Made by a program: the position numbers and the translations under genes
In this document: piece after piece, positions 55,758 to 64,000 of the stretch
Position numbering within the stretch: the stretch's first letter is position 1
Layout of the letters: each line of letters begins with the position of its first letter
Notes under the pieces: generated by a model
Seen by the model: the letters and a program-made list of their open reading frames with translations, nothing else
What the model was told of the DNA's origin: nothing
Databases searched by the model: none
Origin: an uncultured Gammaproteobacteria bacterium
GTDB taxonomy: Bacteria; Patescibacteriota; Patescibacteriia; Veblenbacterales; UBA10138
Assembly: GCA_964348825.1 (NCBI GenBank)
Contig: CAYGDX010000003.1
Location: 22,184-86,183 of the forward strand
DNA length: 64,000 nucleotides
Direction of reading: 5' to 3'

Positions 55758-55946
55758 TTTGTTACTTCTTTAATAGAAGTAACCATGAATCGCAGGCCAC
55801 GGTCTCCAAGTTTGAACAGTGCTCGTCAAACGAGCTGGTCAGGCCTATGCACAGCGACCACAAACACGGCCTGACCGGACGCTCGTTTGATTCCCTGCCT
55901 ACCGGCAGGCAGGCGCTCTGTACAAACTTTCCGACATGGCCGCACA
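55758..55946 (+). ncRNA. Copy 2 of the four-copy GC-rich structured repeat. Terminal hairpin gttacttc-tttaata-gaagtaac at 55760-55782.
   Basis: Core ...gtctccaagtttgaacagtgctcgtcaaacgagctggtcaggcctatgc..ggcctgaccggacgctcgtttgattccctgcctaccggcaggcaggcgctctgtacaaactttccgacatggccgcac. The last ~70 nt are identical to copy 3. Confidence 0.6.
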
Positions 55947-56020
55947 ACTTTTGGGAATTGGGATTTTTAAAAATTAGTTATTAGTTGTTAGTGATTTTCC
56001 CCGCCACAGCGGGGCAAGCT

Positions 56021-56106
56021 GGATTCCCGCCGGAGTTTACCCCGCACCAAGATGCGGGGCGGGAATGACCCCACTTCGCCAAGGCTACGTGGGGCGAGCA
56101 ATTCTT
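56021..56106. repeat. GC-rich element homologous (reverse complement) to 14148-14279; contains a ggattcccgcc...ggcgggaatgac hairpin
   Basis: See the 14148 feature. Confidence 0.55.
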
Positions 56107-56437
56107 ACTCTTTCTTGACCTCTTTAATTGCTACTTCCCGTACGACTTTAGTTAACTGCCGATCAAATTTTTCCAATCGCACAAAAATTTTAAACAATAA
56201 ATAAAAAACTAACAGAATTGACAAATAAATTATTAAATCACTCCCCCGCCCCACACCAACTACATCGGCCATATAGGAAGCAATTTTTGGTTCCAAACCA
56301 ACCACCCCAATTACTAGCCATAATAAAAGCCATTCCCAAAATTCTGAACGTTTTATTTCTTGGGCGCGCAGGCGGCTAAATAATCGCCACCAAACGATTA
56401 ACACGACTAACAAGATAATAAACTGGATTAAAGACAT
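56105..56437 (-). CDS. DUF2304-like small membrane protein
   Basis: 110 aa, 3 TM helices, directly downstream of a GT2 polyprenyl-phosphate sugar synthase, the usual DUF2304 context. Confidence 0.5.
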   Translation of the reverse strand: MSLIQFIILLVVLIVWWRLFSRLRAQEIKRSEFWEWLLLWLVIGVVGLEPKIASYMADVVGVGRGSDLIIYLSILLVFYLLFKIFVRLEKFDRQLTKVVREVAIKEVKKE

Positions 56438-56586
56438 AAAAAATTAAAATGTAAATATAAAAATGGAAAATGACAGATTAAAATTTAAAATGAATTGTAA
56501 CCTATTTAATATCTAAGGAAAAATTATTATCTAATTATTTTTTAATTTTTCATTGTCATTTTTATTTTTGATTTTTTATTTTTAAA

Positions 56587-57282
56587 TTATTTAAACATTC
56601 TCCCTACCACCAAATCTTTTACAATCTTCGCCGCTGGCCATTTGCCTTGTTTACTACCCTTCAAACTACTTTCAGTATAGCGCACTGTAACTGGTACTTC
56701 CACCCAAGTAATATTACAACGTTTTATCTCATCAATTACTTCTGAACTAAAAGCCATTAAATCCTGTCTAAAATTAAATTTTTGCCAAGCGGAACTGGTG
56801 AAGGCACGAAAACCATTGTGAGCATCGGTTAATTTAATACCTGAAAAAATCCAAGTAAAAATAATAGCTAGTTTTAAAGTTAGATAGCGAAGTTTTGGCA
56901 TATCAATCACTTTTCCCAAAAAACGCGACCCTAAAGCTACGCTTGGTACACCAAGTTGTAAAGCGCCAACTAATCGTGAAATATCATTGGCTTCAAATTG
57001 ACCATCAGCATCAAAATGAATTATGATATCGGCGCCGCGAGATACGGCATAATCTGAACCAGTAACAAGTGCCGCCCCATAACCGCGATTTACTAAATGC
57101 TGCAAAACAATCGCGCCCGCGGAAGTGGCAAGGTTAGCTGTATCATCATCTGAACCATCATCAACCACTACCACTTTATCAACTATCTTTTTCACTTTTA
57201 TAACCACGTCTGCAATATTTTTAGCTTCATTTTTAGCTGGAATAATTACCCACGTATTCATTTTCCTTGCTCCTTCCACCAT
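56587..57282 (-). CDS. GT2 polyprenyl-phosphate glycosyltransferase (DPM1/GtrB-like)
   Basis: VIIPAKNEAKNI...VVVVDDGSDDDT and catalytic D-x-D region. Confidence 0.8.
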   Translation of the reverse strand: MVEGARKMNTWVIIPAKNEAKNIADVVIKVKKIVDKVVVVDDGSDDDTANLATSAGAIVLQHLVNRGYGAALVTGSDYAVSRGADIIIHFDADGQFEANDISRLVGALQLGVPSVALGSRFLGKVIDMPKLRYLTLKLAIIFTWIFSGIKLTDAHNGFRAFTSSAWQKFNFRQDLMAFSSEVIDEIKRCNITWVEVPVTVRYTESSLKGSKQGKWPAAKIVKDLVVGRMFK

Positions 57283-58163
57283 TTAAAAGTTAAACGTAGT
57301 CCTTCTATAAGCGGCACCTGAGGCGACCAATTTAATTGAGCTTGTGCTTTATCTGAATTAAACACTGAAATTAGCGCTTCACCCGAATCAAGCGCAATGT
57401 AATTTACTTTTGGCACTTCACCTATAACTTGCCCAATAGCGAGCGCTAATTCTCGGAAACTAATACCCTCACCAGTTGATAAATTATAAACTCCTTGACC
57501 AAATTGTAAAGCTTGAAATATTCCTTGTGCCGCATCAGTTACATACAAATAATCACGCACTGATTCGCCTTGACCTGGTAGAAGTAATGGTTCTGACTCC
57601 AGTGCCGCTTTAACAAAGCGCGGCATAGTGCCAGCTAATTGACGTGGGCCAAATATGCGAGTCAAACGCGTAATAACCTGCGGCAGACCATAATTTTCCG
57701 CATAATAATTTAAATAACCCTCGGCCGTTACCCGTGATAAAGCATAAAATGAAGTTGGCTCAATATCATCATTTTCTTTAATTGGTTTGTCACTCGACTT
57801 ATAAACTGCCAAGCTTGAAACATATAAAAATTTTTTTATTTTTAAATCTTTTAAGGCCGATAGTAAATTAACTGTGCCAACCACAGCTACGCTTAAATCA
57901 TGACTTGGATTATTATTCGCAGCTGAAACAACATTCACGCCAGCTAACTGACAAACATAATGTGGTGAAATTTTTTTTATTAAGGCGGATAGTTTAGGTG
58001 AACAGATATCAAGTAAATGAAATTTAGCCGCCTTTGGTACAAATACTTTGCGTCCAAAAGATAAGTCATCTATAACATGAACTTCAAAACCAGCCCGCAA
58101 AGCTATTTCAGCTAAATGCGAACCAACAAAACCAGCGCCGCCAACAATTAGTACTTTAAACAT
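57258..58163 (-). CDS. NAD-dependent epimerase/dehydratase (SDR)
   Basis: VLIVGGAGFVGSHL Rossmann motif, YALSR (YxxxK variant). Confidence 0.7.
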   Translation of the reverse strand: MFKVLIVGGAGFVGSHLAEIALRAGFEVHVIDDLSFGRKVFVPKAAKFHLLDICSPKLSALIKKISPHYVCQLAGVNVVSAANNNPSHDLSVAVVGTVNLLSALKDLKIKKFLYVSSLAVYKSSDKPIKENDDIEPTSFYALSRVTAEGYLNYYAENYGLPQVITRLTRIFGPRQLAGTMPRFVKAALESEPLLLPGQGESVRDYLYVTDAAQGIFQALQFGQGVYNLSTGEGISFRELALAIGQVIGEVPKVNYIALDSGEALISVFNSDKAQAQLNWSPQVPLIEGLRLTFKWWKEQGK

Positions 58164-58181
58164 AGTTAATATAATACTTTT

Positions 58182-58368
58182 TTGTTACTTCTTTAATAGA
58201 AGTAACCAAGAATCGCGGCCTTCGTCTCCAAGTTTGAACAGTGCTCGTCAAACAATCTGGTCAGGCCTATGCCGAGCGACCACATACACGCCCAAGCCGG
58301 ACGCTCGTTTGATTCCCTGCCTACCGGCAGGCAGGCGCTCTGTACAAACTTTCCGACATGGCCGCACG
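58182..58368 (+). ncRNA. Copy 3 of the four-copy GC-rich structured repeat. Terminal hairpin at 58184-58206.
   Basis: ttgttacttctttaatagaagtaacca..gtctccaagtttgaacagtgctcgtcaaacaatctggtcaggcctatgc...ggcgctctgtacaaactttccgacatggccgcac. Confidence 0.6.
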
Positions 58369-58423
58369 ACTTTCTATGATTTATTTTTCTAATTTCGAAT
58401 TTAGTGCTTCGGATTTGGAATTT

Positions 58424-59563
58424 TTATTTTATATACTTCTTCAACTCTTTCACCATATCCAACTTCTCCCAAGTAAACCCCTCACCCATGCGGCCAAAAT
58501 GACCATAAGTAGCGGTGGCTTGATAAATCGGCCGACGTAATTTTAAATGTTCAATTATCTCATACGGTGTCAGTGGAAAATGATTTTCAATAATTTTTAT
58601 TATTTTGTCATCTGGTAACGCACCGGTACCAAAAGTATTTACTGCCAAACTAACAGGCACAGGTTCACCAATCGCATAAGCTAGTTGTACTTCGCACTCG
58701 CGAGCTATTCCTGCCGCTACTAAATTTTTCGTGATATAACGGGCCGCGTACGAAGCTGAACGATCAACTTTGGAAGCATCTTTACCCGAAAAACAGCCAC
58801 CACCATGATGCGCCCGACCGCCATAAGTATCTACGATTATTTTGCGACCTGTCAGGCCAGTATCGGCCTCCGGCCCGCCAATTACAAATCGACCGGTAGC
58901 ATTAATAAAAACTTTGGTTTTATTATCAAATAGTAACCCGCAAATTTTTTTTATTACTTCTTTTTCTAATTCCGCTCGCAATTTAACTAAAGATACATTT
59001 GGATCATGCTGGGCCGCTAGTACCACACTAAAAATTCTTTTTGGTTTGCCACTTTCATATTCCACCGCCACCTGACTTTTGCCATCGGGCCTGAGACCTT
59101 TCACAATCCCCTTCTTTCTTACCTCAGCTAAACGCATAGCTAACTTATGCGCCAACATAATTGGTAAAGGCATAAATTCCGGAGTTTCAAGGCAAGCATA
59201 ACCAAACATCAATCCTTGATCACCCGCACCAATATTTTTTGCTGAACGCACTACGCCACGTTTAATATCCACCGACTGTTCGTGTAGCGCCACCAGCACA
59301 CCAGCGTCAGAAGCATCAATTCCAAAATCAGGATTGGTATAACCAATCTCACTTAAAACTTGCCGCGCAATTTTTTGCACATTCACATAACCGCGCGTTG
59401 ACACTTCACCGCCCACCAACATCACACCAGAAGTAACATATGTTTCAATGCCAGCACGAGTAAAGGGATCTTGGCGTAATAATTCATCTAAAATTGCGTC
59501 GGATACTTGATCACAAATTTTATCGGGATGACCCTCGGTAACTGATTCTGAAGTATAAATCAT
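58424..59563 (-). CDS. metK: S-adenosylmethionine synthetase
   Basis: [33 protein letters not shown] and DTYGG motifs. Confidence 0.95.
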   Translation of the reverse strand: MIYTSESVTEGHPDKICDQVSDAILDELLRQDPFTRAGIETYVTSGVMLVGGEVSTRGYVNVQKIARQVLSEIGYTNPDFGIDASDAGVLVALHEQSVDIKRGVVRSAKNIGAGDQGLMFGYACLETPEFMPLPIMLAHKLAMRLAEVRKKGIVKGLRPDGKSQVAVEYESGKPKRIFSVVLAAQHDPNVSLVKLRAELEKEVIKKICGLLFDNKTKVFINATGRFVIGGPEADTGLTGRKIIVDTYGGRAHHGGGCFSGKDASKVDRSASYAARYITKNLVAAGIARECEVQLAYAIGEPVPVSLAVNTFGTGALPDDKIIKIIENHFPLTPYEIIEHLKLRRPIYQATATYGHFGRMGEGFTWEKLDMVKELKKYIK

Positions 59564-59565
59564 AT

Positions 59566-59650
59566 CATTAAAACACTAGAACATTAAAACATTAGAACAT
59601 TATTAATAAAAATCTTGTTTCTATGATCTAGCGATCTAATGTTCTAATGT
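59566..59650. promoter_or_regulatory. Palindromic 9-mer array element beginning 3 nt upstream of the metK start codon
   Basis: cattaaaacactagaacattaaaacattagaacat-tattaataaaaatcttgtttctatg-atctagcgatctaatgttctaatg. Confidence 0.55.
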
Positions 59651-59658
59651 AAATATTA

Positions 59659-60678
59659 TTAAGCCGACAACTTCGGCCCCAGCACATACTCATGGGCATT
59701 GCCATAATTAATCGTAGAGCGTAAACCATCTTCTAGCTTAGTTAAAGGAAACCAACCTAATTGCTCTTTTGCTAAAGTAATATCGGGCACACCCTGCCTT
59801 GCTAAATAAGGCAAAGCCGCGGCCTCTTCAAAAACAACCCTAGCACTAGTTAAATCAATTATCATCTGCGCAATATCTTTCATTTTGTAGGGTTCTGGCG
59901 AGCCAAGATTAAATACACCAGATGATGTATGATCCATTAATTTTAACAAGCCATCTACCATATCGCTAACATAACAATAAGTAGAAATTTCCTCGGGTGA
60001 ACCATAAATAGTAAGTGGTTGATTAGTTAAAGCATGAGCAATAAAATCAGGAATCATACGACCATCTTGTAGTTTCATACGCGGACCGAAAGTATTAAAA
60101 ATCCGAGCAATACGAAAATCGACTGAGCGATAATTACCATAATTAACTACCAAACTTTCGGCAAAACGTTTACCTTCATTATAACAACTGCGCGGTCCCA
60201 CTGGATCAATTGAACCCCAATCTGATTCTTTAAATTTTTGATTCTGAACTGGCTCACCATAAATAGAAGCGGACGAAGCGTGTAGAAATCTGGCCTTATA
60301 TTTCACGGCTAAATCCAAAAGATTACGCGTGCCCTGCGAATTAGTAAGCAATGTTTCAATTGGCAAATGATGATATTCTTTAGGACTGGTCGGACAAGCT
60401 AAATTATAAATTTGTTGCAAGCCCTGATACTTAACTTTAAATACTTCAAGTTCAGGCAGAGCTTCTAAATCAATTGGTTCAATTAAATCGTGCTTAATAA
60501 ATTTAAAATTTTGATTTTGCATTAACAAATCAATATTTTCTTCCTGACCGGTAATAAAATTGTCTATACAAATTACATTATTTTTTTCAAGCAAAGCGTC
60601 ACATAAATGCGAACCAATAAAGCCAGCTCCACCCGCTACCAGCACATTACTGCGATCTAAAATTTTTGTATAAGACAT
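59659..60678 (-). CDS. UDP-glucuronate decarboxylase (UDP-xylose synthase)-like SDR
   Basis: VLVAGGAGFIGSHLCDALL..VICIDNFITG, YNLACPTSP, YNEGKR (YxxxK). Confidence 0.7.
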   Translation of the reverse strand: MSYTKILDRSNVLVAGGAGFIGSHLCDALLEKNNVICIDNFITGQEENIDLLMQNQNFKFIKHDLIEPIDLEALPELEVFKVKYQGLQQIYNLACPTSPKEYHHLPIETLLTNSQGTRNLLDLAVKYKARFLHASSASIYGEPVQNQKFKESDWGSIDPVGPRSCYNEGKRFAESLVVNYGNYRSVDFRIARIFNTFGPRMKLQDGRMIPDFIAHALTNQPLTIYGSPEEISTYCYVSDMVDGLLKLMDHTSSGVFNLGSPEPYKMKDIAQMIIDLTSARVVFEEAAALPYLARQGVPDITLAKEQLGWFPLTKLEDGLRSTINYGNAHEYVLGPKLSA

Positions 60679-60763
60679 AATTAAAATAGATATGAATAAG
60701 CTCTTTTATTATAACAAAAAAAGGCCAAATTTGAAACCGGCCAAAATTTTCCCCCTAATTTCA

Positions 60764-61180
60764 CTATTTAGCTTCAGCACTATTAAAAACCTGACTTTTA
60801 AGCACTAAATAATAAAGTAACGCCCAAATGGCAACTGCCACGGCGCGGGCTGATAAATCATACCAAGTCAGCCAATTCATCAGCCCCCAAAAAGTAAACT
60901 GAATGCCAGCTAAATACAAAACGGAGGCGGTTAAAAACTTTAAATACTGTTTAAAAAAACTAGTTGATAATTCTGAAAAAGTAAAATAACGATGCCAATA
61001 AAAATTATTAAAATTAGCAAGTAGCGTAGCAATAAATCCTACCGCTACTAAATTATTTTGCCCGAAACTTGTAAACCTCGTTAATAAAGTGTAAATACCA
61101 AAATCAACTACCAAGCCACTAGCGCCGACTAAAATAAATTTAGTGAATTGAACAAGCGCTGGTGGAAATTTTAATGGCAT
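60764..61180 (-). CDS. GtrA-family membrane protein
   Basis: 138 aa, 4 TM helices, FTKFILVGASGLVVDFGIY N-terminus. Confidence 0.6.
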   Translation of the reverse strand: MPLKFPPALVQFTKFILVGASGLVVDFGIYTLLTRFTSFGQNNLVAVGFIATLLANFNNFYWHRYFTFSELSTSFFKQYLKFLTASVLYLAGIQFTFWGLMNWLTWYDLSARAVAVAIWALLYYLVLKSQVFNSAEAK

Positions 61181-61262
61181 AGAGTAAATATATTATCTAA
61201 CAAAACCATGAGTCGGTATAGAAAATTTAAAACAAAAATTTTAAATATCAAAATATTATTTT

Positions 61263-61432
61263 TACCACTTCTCTAGAGAAGTGGTGCAAGAGTCGCCGCC
61301 TCGGTCTCCGGGCTTGAACAGTGCTCGCCAAACGAGCTGGTCAGGCCTATGCCAAGCGACCACAACACGGCCTGACCTTAAGCTCGTTTGCCTTGCGCTC
61401 TGTACAAACCCTACGACAGGGCGGCATTCGTT
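61263..61432 (+). ncRNA. Copy 4 of the four-copy GC-rich structured repeat. Terminal hairpin ccacttctc-ta-gagaagtgg at 61265-61284; lacks the cctgcctaccggcagg sub-hairpin.
   Basis: ccacttctctagagaagtggtgcaagagtcgccgcctcggtctccgggcttgaacagtgctcgccaaacgagctggtcaggcctatgccaagcgaccacaacacggcctgacc..gctcgtttgccttgcgctctgtacaaaccctacgacagggcggca. Same subfamily as copy 1. Confidence 0.6.
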
Positions 61433-61495
61433 TCCATTTTTTGAATTTAGAATTTTAGATTTATTTAGGATTTCGAATTTCGATATTCGGATTTT

Positions 61496-63547
61496 TTACT
61501 TAAATATCGCCACATTCAAGCCGCCACGCCAATTTGTTGGCTCCATAAAAAACTGGGCTTGTGCCTTACCCTCTTTATTAAATATTCTAATCTGCGGCCC
61601 GCCGGAAGTGGCTGGCACAGTTACTACTTCCTGATTACCATTACCATCGGTATCGCCCACCGCCACTTGCACGCCACCGCGAAAACTTTTGGCAAAAGCA
61701 AAAAACTGTTTAATTAATTTTCCCTTACCATCAAAAATTTTTACTTCTGGTTCACTGCCCGCCCCGCGCGCTACAATAATTTCCGATTTAGCATCACCAG
61801 TTAAATCGCCGGCTGAAATATTAACACCACCCTTACCCATTGCCTGCCAAGCCCAAAATTCTAATTTTTTATTACCAAATTTATCAAATACTCTAATTGG
61901 TAAATTATTCTTACCCTGCGGCGCTACAATAATTTCTGGATTTTTATCACCATCAATATCACCAGTGGCTACTTGTACCCCACCTAAATAATTAAAATCA
62001 TAAGGCGCAAATTGATAAAATAATCGACCACTGCCATCAAAAATTCTAACTAAATTAGATGCCCGCGAACCTGTACCCACCACAATATCACTTTCCCCTT
62101 CGCCCGTAAAATCAGCCGATGCCACACTTAACCCACCTAAATAAAATTCTGGAAAAGCTAAAAATTCAAATTCTAATTCACCTTTTTGATTAAAAATTCT
62201 AACCTGTGGCTTACTACCCGCTCGCGGCGCTGTAATAATATCGGTTTGGCCATCATCATCAATATCGCCGGCTGTTAAATTAACACCCCCTTTAACAGTT
62301 GAATCATAGGCTGTAAATTTTTGTAGTACTTCACTACTAATATCTAAAGTGGAGATGAGTGCTGGCCCAGTTTGATAACCAACAATAATTGGATTCTTGC
62401 GTGGAAATTTAGTACTACCAGCCAAATCAACCGCCGCTTTTAAATTTAATTTACGCCCTACTTTGCCATTTGATCCTAAAATTTCATCACCCGAGGCAAT
62501 TAAAACATCCCTAAGTTGTGATGGCGAAAGTCGCGGAAAGGCCGCTTTTAAAAAAGCGAGTGAGCCACTAATAAGCGGCGTAGCGACTGAAGTGCCTGAC
62601 CATCCTCCACCATAACTTTGTTTAAATTTAGTATTACCATTTACTACTAACTGCGTACTATAAATATTTGTACCCGGAGCTGACAAATCAACGCACCCCG
62701 CGCCAAAATTAGAAAATTCGGCGCGCTGATTATTTTCACCCAAAGCCGCCACACCAATTACCCAATTGGAGCCGACAGGTCCATCACTACACACTGGATA
62801 CTGCGGTGAAAAATCCATATCAATCGCTTTGGTTTGATCATTGCCCGAGGCCGCTACTACTAAAATTCCAAGCTTAGCCGCCCGCGCAATCGCTACTTCT
62901 AAATCGGGATCTGATAAATCACCCACAAAACTTAAATTTATAATATCAGCATTTTTATCAATCGCATAGTTAACAGCTCGCGCCACCGCTGTTGTATCGC
63001 CCACACCTCTGCCGTCGAGCACCCGCAGTGGCATTAGGCGCGCCTGAAAAGCCACGCCTGCCACGCCTAAATTATTATCACCCACTGCCGCGGCTACACC
63101 AGCTACAATTGTACCGTGATTTACCGCTAGCTCATTCCAACCTGATTCAAATTTTGGTCGTGGATCAGGCGAATTCGCCACAAAATCCCAACCGTGCACA
63201 TCATCAGTAAAACCATTATTATCATTATCTAATTTATCACCCGGCACTTCCCATGGGTTAAACCAAATATTTGATTTTAAATCTGGATTATCTATATCCA
63301 CCCCTGAATCTAAAATAGCAATTACAGGGCGCAAATTACCTTTGATTTGATAATCCCACGCCGCTGGAATATTAACGCGCTCTAAATAATTTTTTTGATA
63401 TTTAAAATCTAAGTCACTTGGTTGCAAAGCTATTTTAACCAAACCACCGGCGGCATAAACAAAATTTTGACCAATAACGAAAAACCCGAGAACAATTCCC
63501 GGGAAAATTTTATAGCTAAATTTTCCACTTAACCACTGGATCATCAC
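61496..63547 (-). CDS. Secreted subtilisin-like (S8) serine protease fused to C-terminal FG-GAP/VCBS repeats
   Basis: Signal anchor; catalytic triad regions DSGVD, HGTIVAG, GTSVATP; C-terminal repeats DIDDDGQTDII, DIDGDKNPEII, GDTDGNGNQEVV. Confidence 0.75.
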   Translation of the reverse strand: MMIQWLSGKFSYKIFPGIVLGFFVIGQNFVYAAGGLVKIALQPSDLDFKYQKNYLERVNIPAAWDYQIKGNLRPVIAILDSGVDIDNPDLKSNIWFNPWEVPGDKLDNDNNGFTDDVHGWDFVANSPDPRPKFESGWNELAVNHGTIVAGVAAAVGDNNLGVAGVAFQARLMPLRVLDGRGVGDTTAVARAVNYAIDKNADIINLSFVGDLSDPDLEVAIARAAKLGILVVAASGNDQTKAIDMDFSPQYPVCSDGPVGSNWVIGVAALGENNQRAEFSNFGAGCVDLSAPGTNIYSTQLVVNGNTKFKQSYGGGWSGTSVATPLISGSLAFLKAAFPRLSPSQLRDVLIASGDEILGSNGKVGRKLNLKAAVDLAGSTKFPRKNPIIVGYQTGPALISTLDISSEVLQKFTAYDSTVKGGVNLTAGDIDDDGQTDIITAPRAGSKPQVRIFNQKGELEFEFLAFPEFYLGGLSVASADFTGEGESDIVVGTGSRASNLVRIFDGSGRLFYQFAPYDFNYLGGVQVATGDIDGDKNPEIIVAPQGKNNLPIRVFDKFGNKKLEFWAWQAMGKGGVNISAGDLTGDAKSEIIVARGAGSEPEVKIFDGKGKLIKQFFAFAKSFRGGVQVAVGDTDGNGNQEVVTVPATSGGPQIRIFNKEGKAQAQFFMEPTNWRGGLNVAIFK

Positions 63548-63565
63548 ATTTATTATAACAAAAAT

Positions 63566-63603
63566 AGGTAAAAAACAAAAGCGCCCCGCTTAGCAGGGCG
63601 CTT
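63566..63603 (-). terminator. Rho-independent terminator for a small minus-strand ORF
   Basis: agcgccc-cgcttagca-gggcgct hairpin; the minus strand is followed by tttgttttttacc. Confidence 0.5.
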
Positions 63604-63632
63604 ATAATATTTTAATAACTAAACTGATAACT

Positions 63633-63806
63633 TAAGCCATTTCTTGTTTAATAACGCCTAACTTATGTAAAGCAATTATGATTGGTTCGGCGCAAATAGC
63701 ACATAATTCATAACTATCCCATTTTTTTAACCTCGTCTCCACTCGCACAAAATTTCCACGATCAGCTATTGTCTCCCCACAATACTCACAAATATTAATC
63801 ATCATA
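63633..63806 (-). CDS. Possible 57-aa zinc-ribbon micro-protein (CxxC...CxxC)
   Basis: MMINICEYCGETIADRGNFVRVETRLKKWDSYELCAICAEP... Below the ORF-track cut-off; followed by a terminator. Confidence 0.3.
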
Positions 63807-64000
63807 AAAAAATAATTAATAATAAATTGTATGGATAATTAATTTATTAACATTTTTCTAATGGTAACAATCCGCCCTTGATTTTTTAATTGTAATCCAA
63901 ATACTACTACAGTCAACGACTTTAAATCTCTAACAAATCCACTAATCCAATCGACTTATCCACAACATACAATAAATATTTGCCGCGTCACAAACAGCGT

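Noticed and set aside
1-64000. Mobile genetic elements (IS, integrase, phage) and defence systems (RM, TA, CRISPR-Cas)
   Set aside because: I found no transposase, integrase, RT, TnpB/IscB, methyltransferase/endonuclease pair or toxin-antitoxin-like small gene pairs among the ORFs. The only mobile-like content is the non-coding repeat families.

Overview
This window is 64 kb of AT-rich bacterial chromosome (roughly 35% GC by eye) with dense, mostly minus-strand coding. From the gene content and sequence style I infer it comes from a small-genome Patescibacteria/CPR-like organism: many tandem NUDIX genes, a type IV pilus pilMNO-like cluster, frequent absence of Shine-Dalgarno sequences, and GC-rich islands standing out against AT-rich intergenic DNA. 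The recognisable genes are secA, a run of six NUDIX hydrolases plus HIT, Maf, four-helix-bundle and PPC proteins, and a speA-like/speB-like polyamine pair. Also present are hpf, prs and a partial dcw cell-wall cluster (mraY-murD-ftsW-murG-murC, then murB), which is split by a 2.5 kb repeat-rich, low-coding island. Further along are pilMNO-like genes, a NifU-like protein, secreted FG-GAP beta-propeller proteins (one fused to an S8 protease), rpmA, pyrG, rplI, ctpA, murA, metK and two glycosylation loci. Those loci contain GT2/GT4/GT-C transferases, rmlA/rmlB/rmlD with an FdtA-like isomerase, UXS and epimerases. Finally there is a three-gene operon built around a stand-alone PEP-utilising swivel domain. 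I found no tRNA or rRNA genes, no CRISPR array, and no transposase or integrase.

The most unusual content is non-coding. (1) A four-copy, ~170-190 nt GC-rich structured element has compensatory base changes between copies; I treat it as a candidate new ncRNA or non-autonomous mobile-element family. (2) Large palindromes made of tandem 9-mers (cattagaac/gttctaatg) flank an AT-rich centre immediately upstream of several housekeeping genes. (3) There are several short hairpin repeat families: GGATTC..stem..GAATGAC, TCACAA..GCGACCGC..TTGTGA nested palindromes, and long perfect hairpins at convergent gene ends. (4) A repeat that sits just 3' of gene ends extends the murG reading frame. I also list candidate sRNA-like structures in the island between murC and murB. 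All calls come from reading the sequence and recalling protein-family motifs; no database searches were run.
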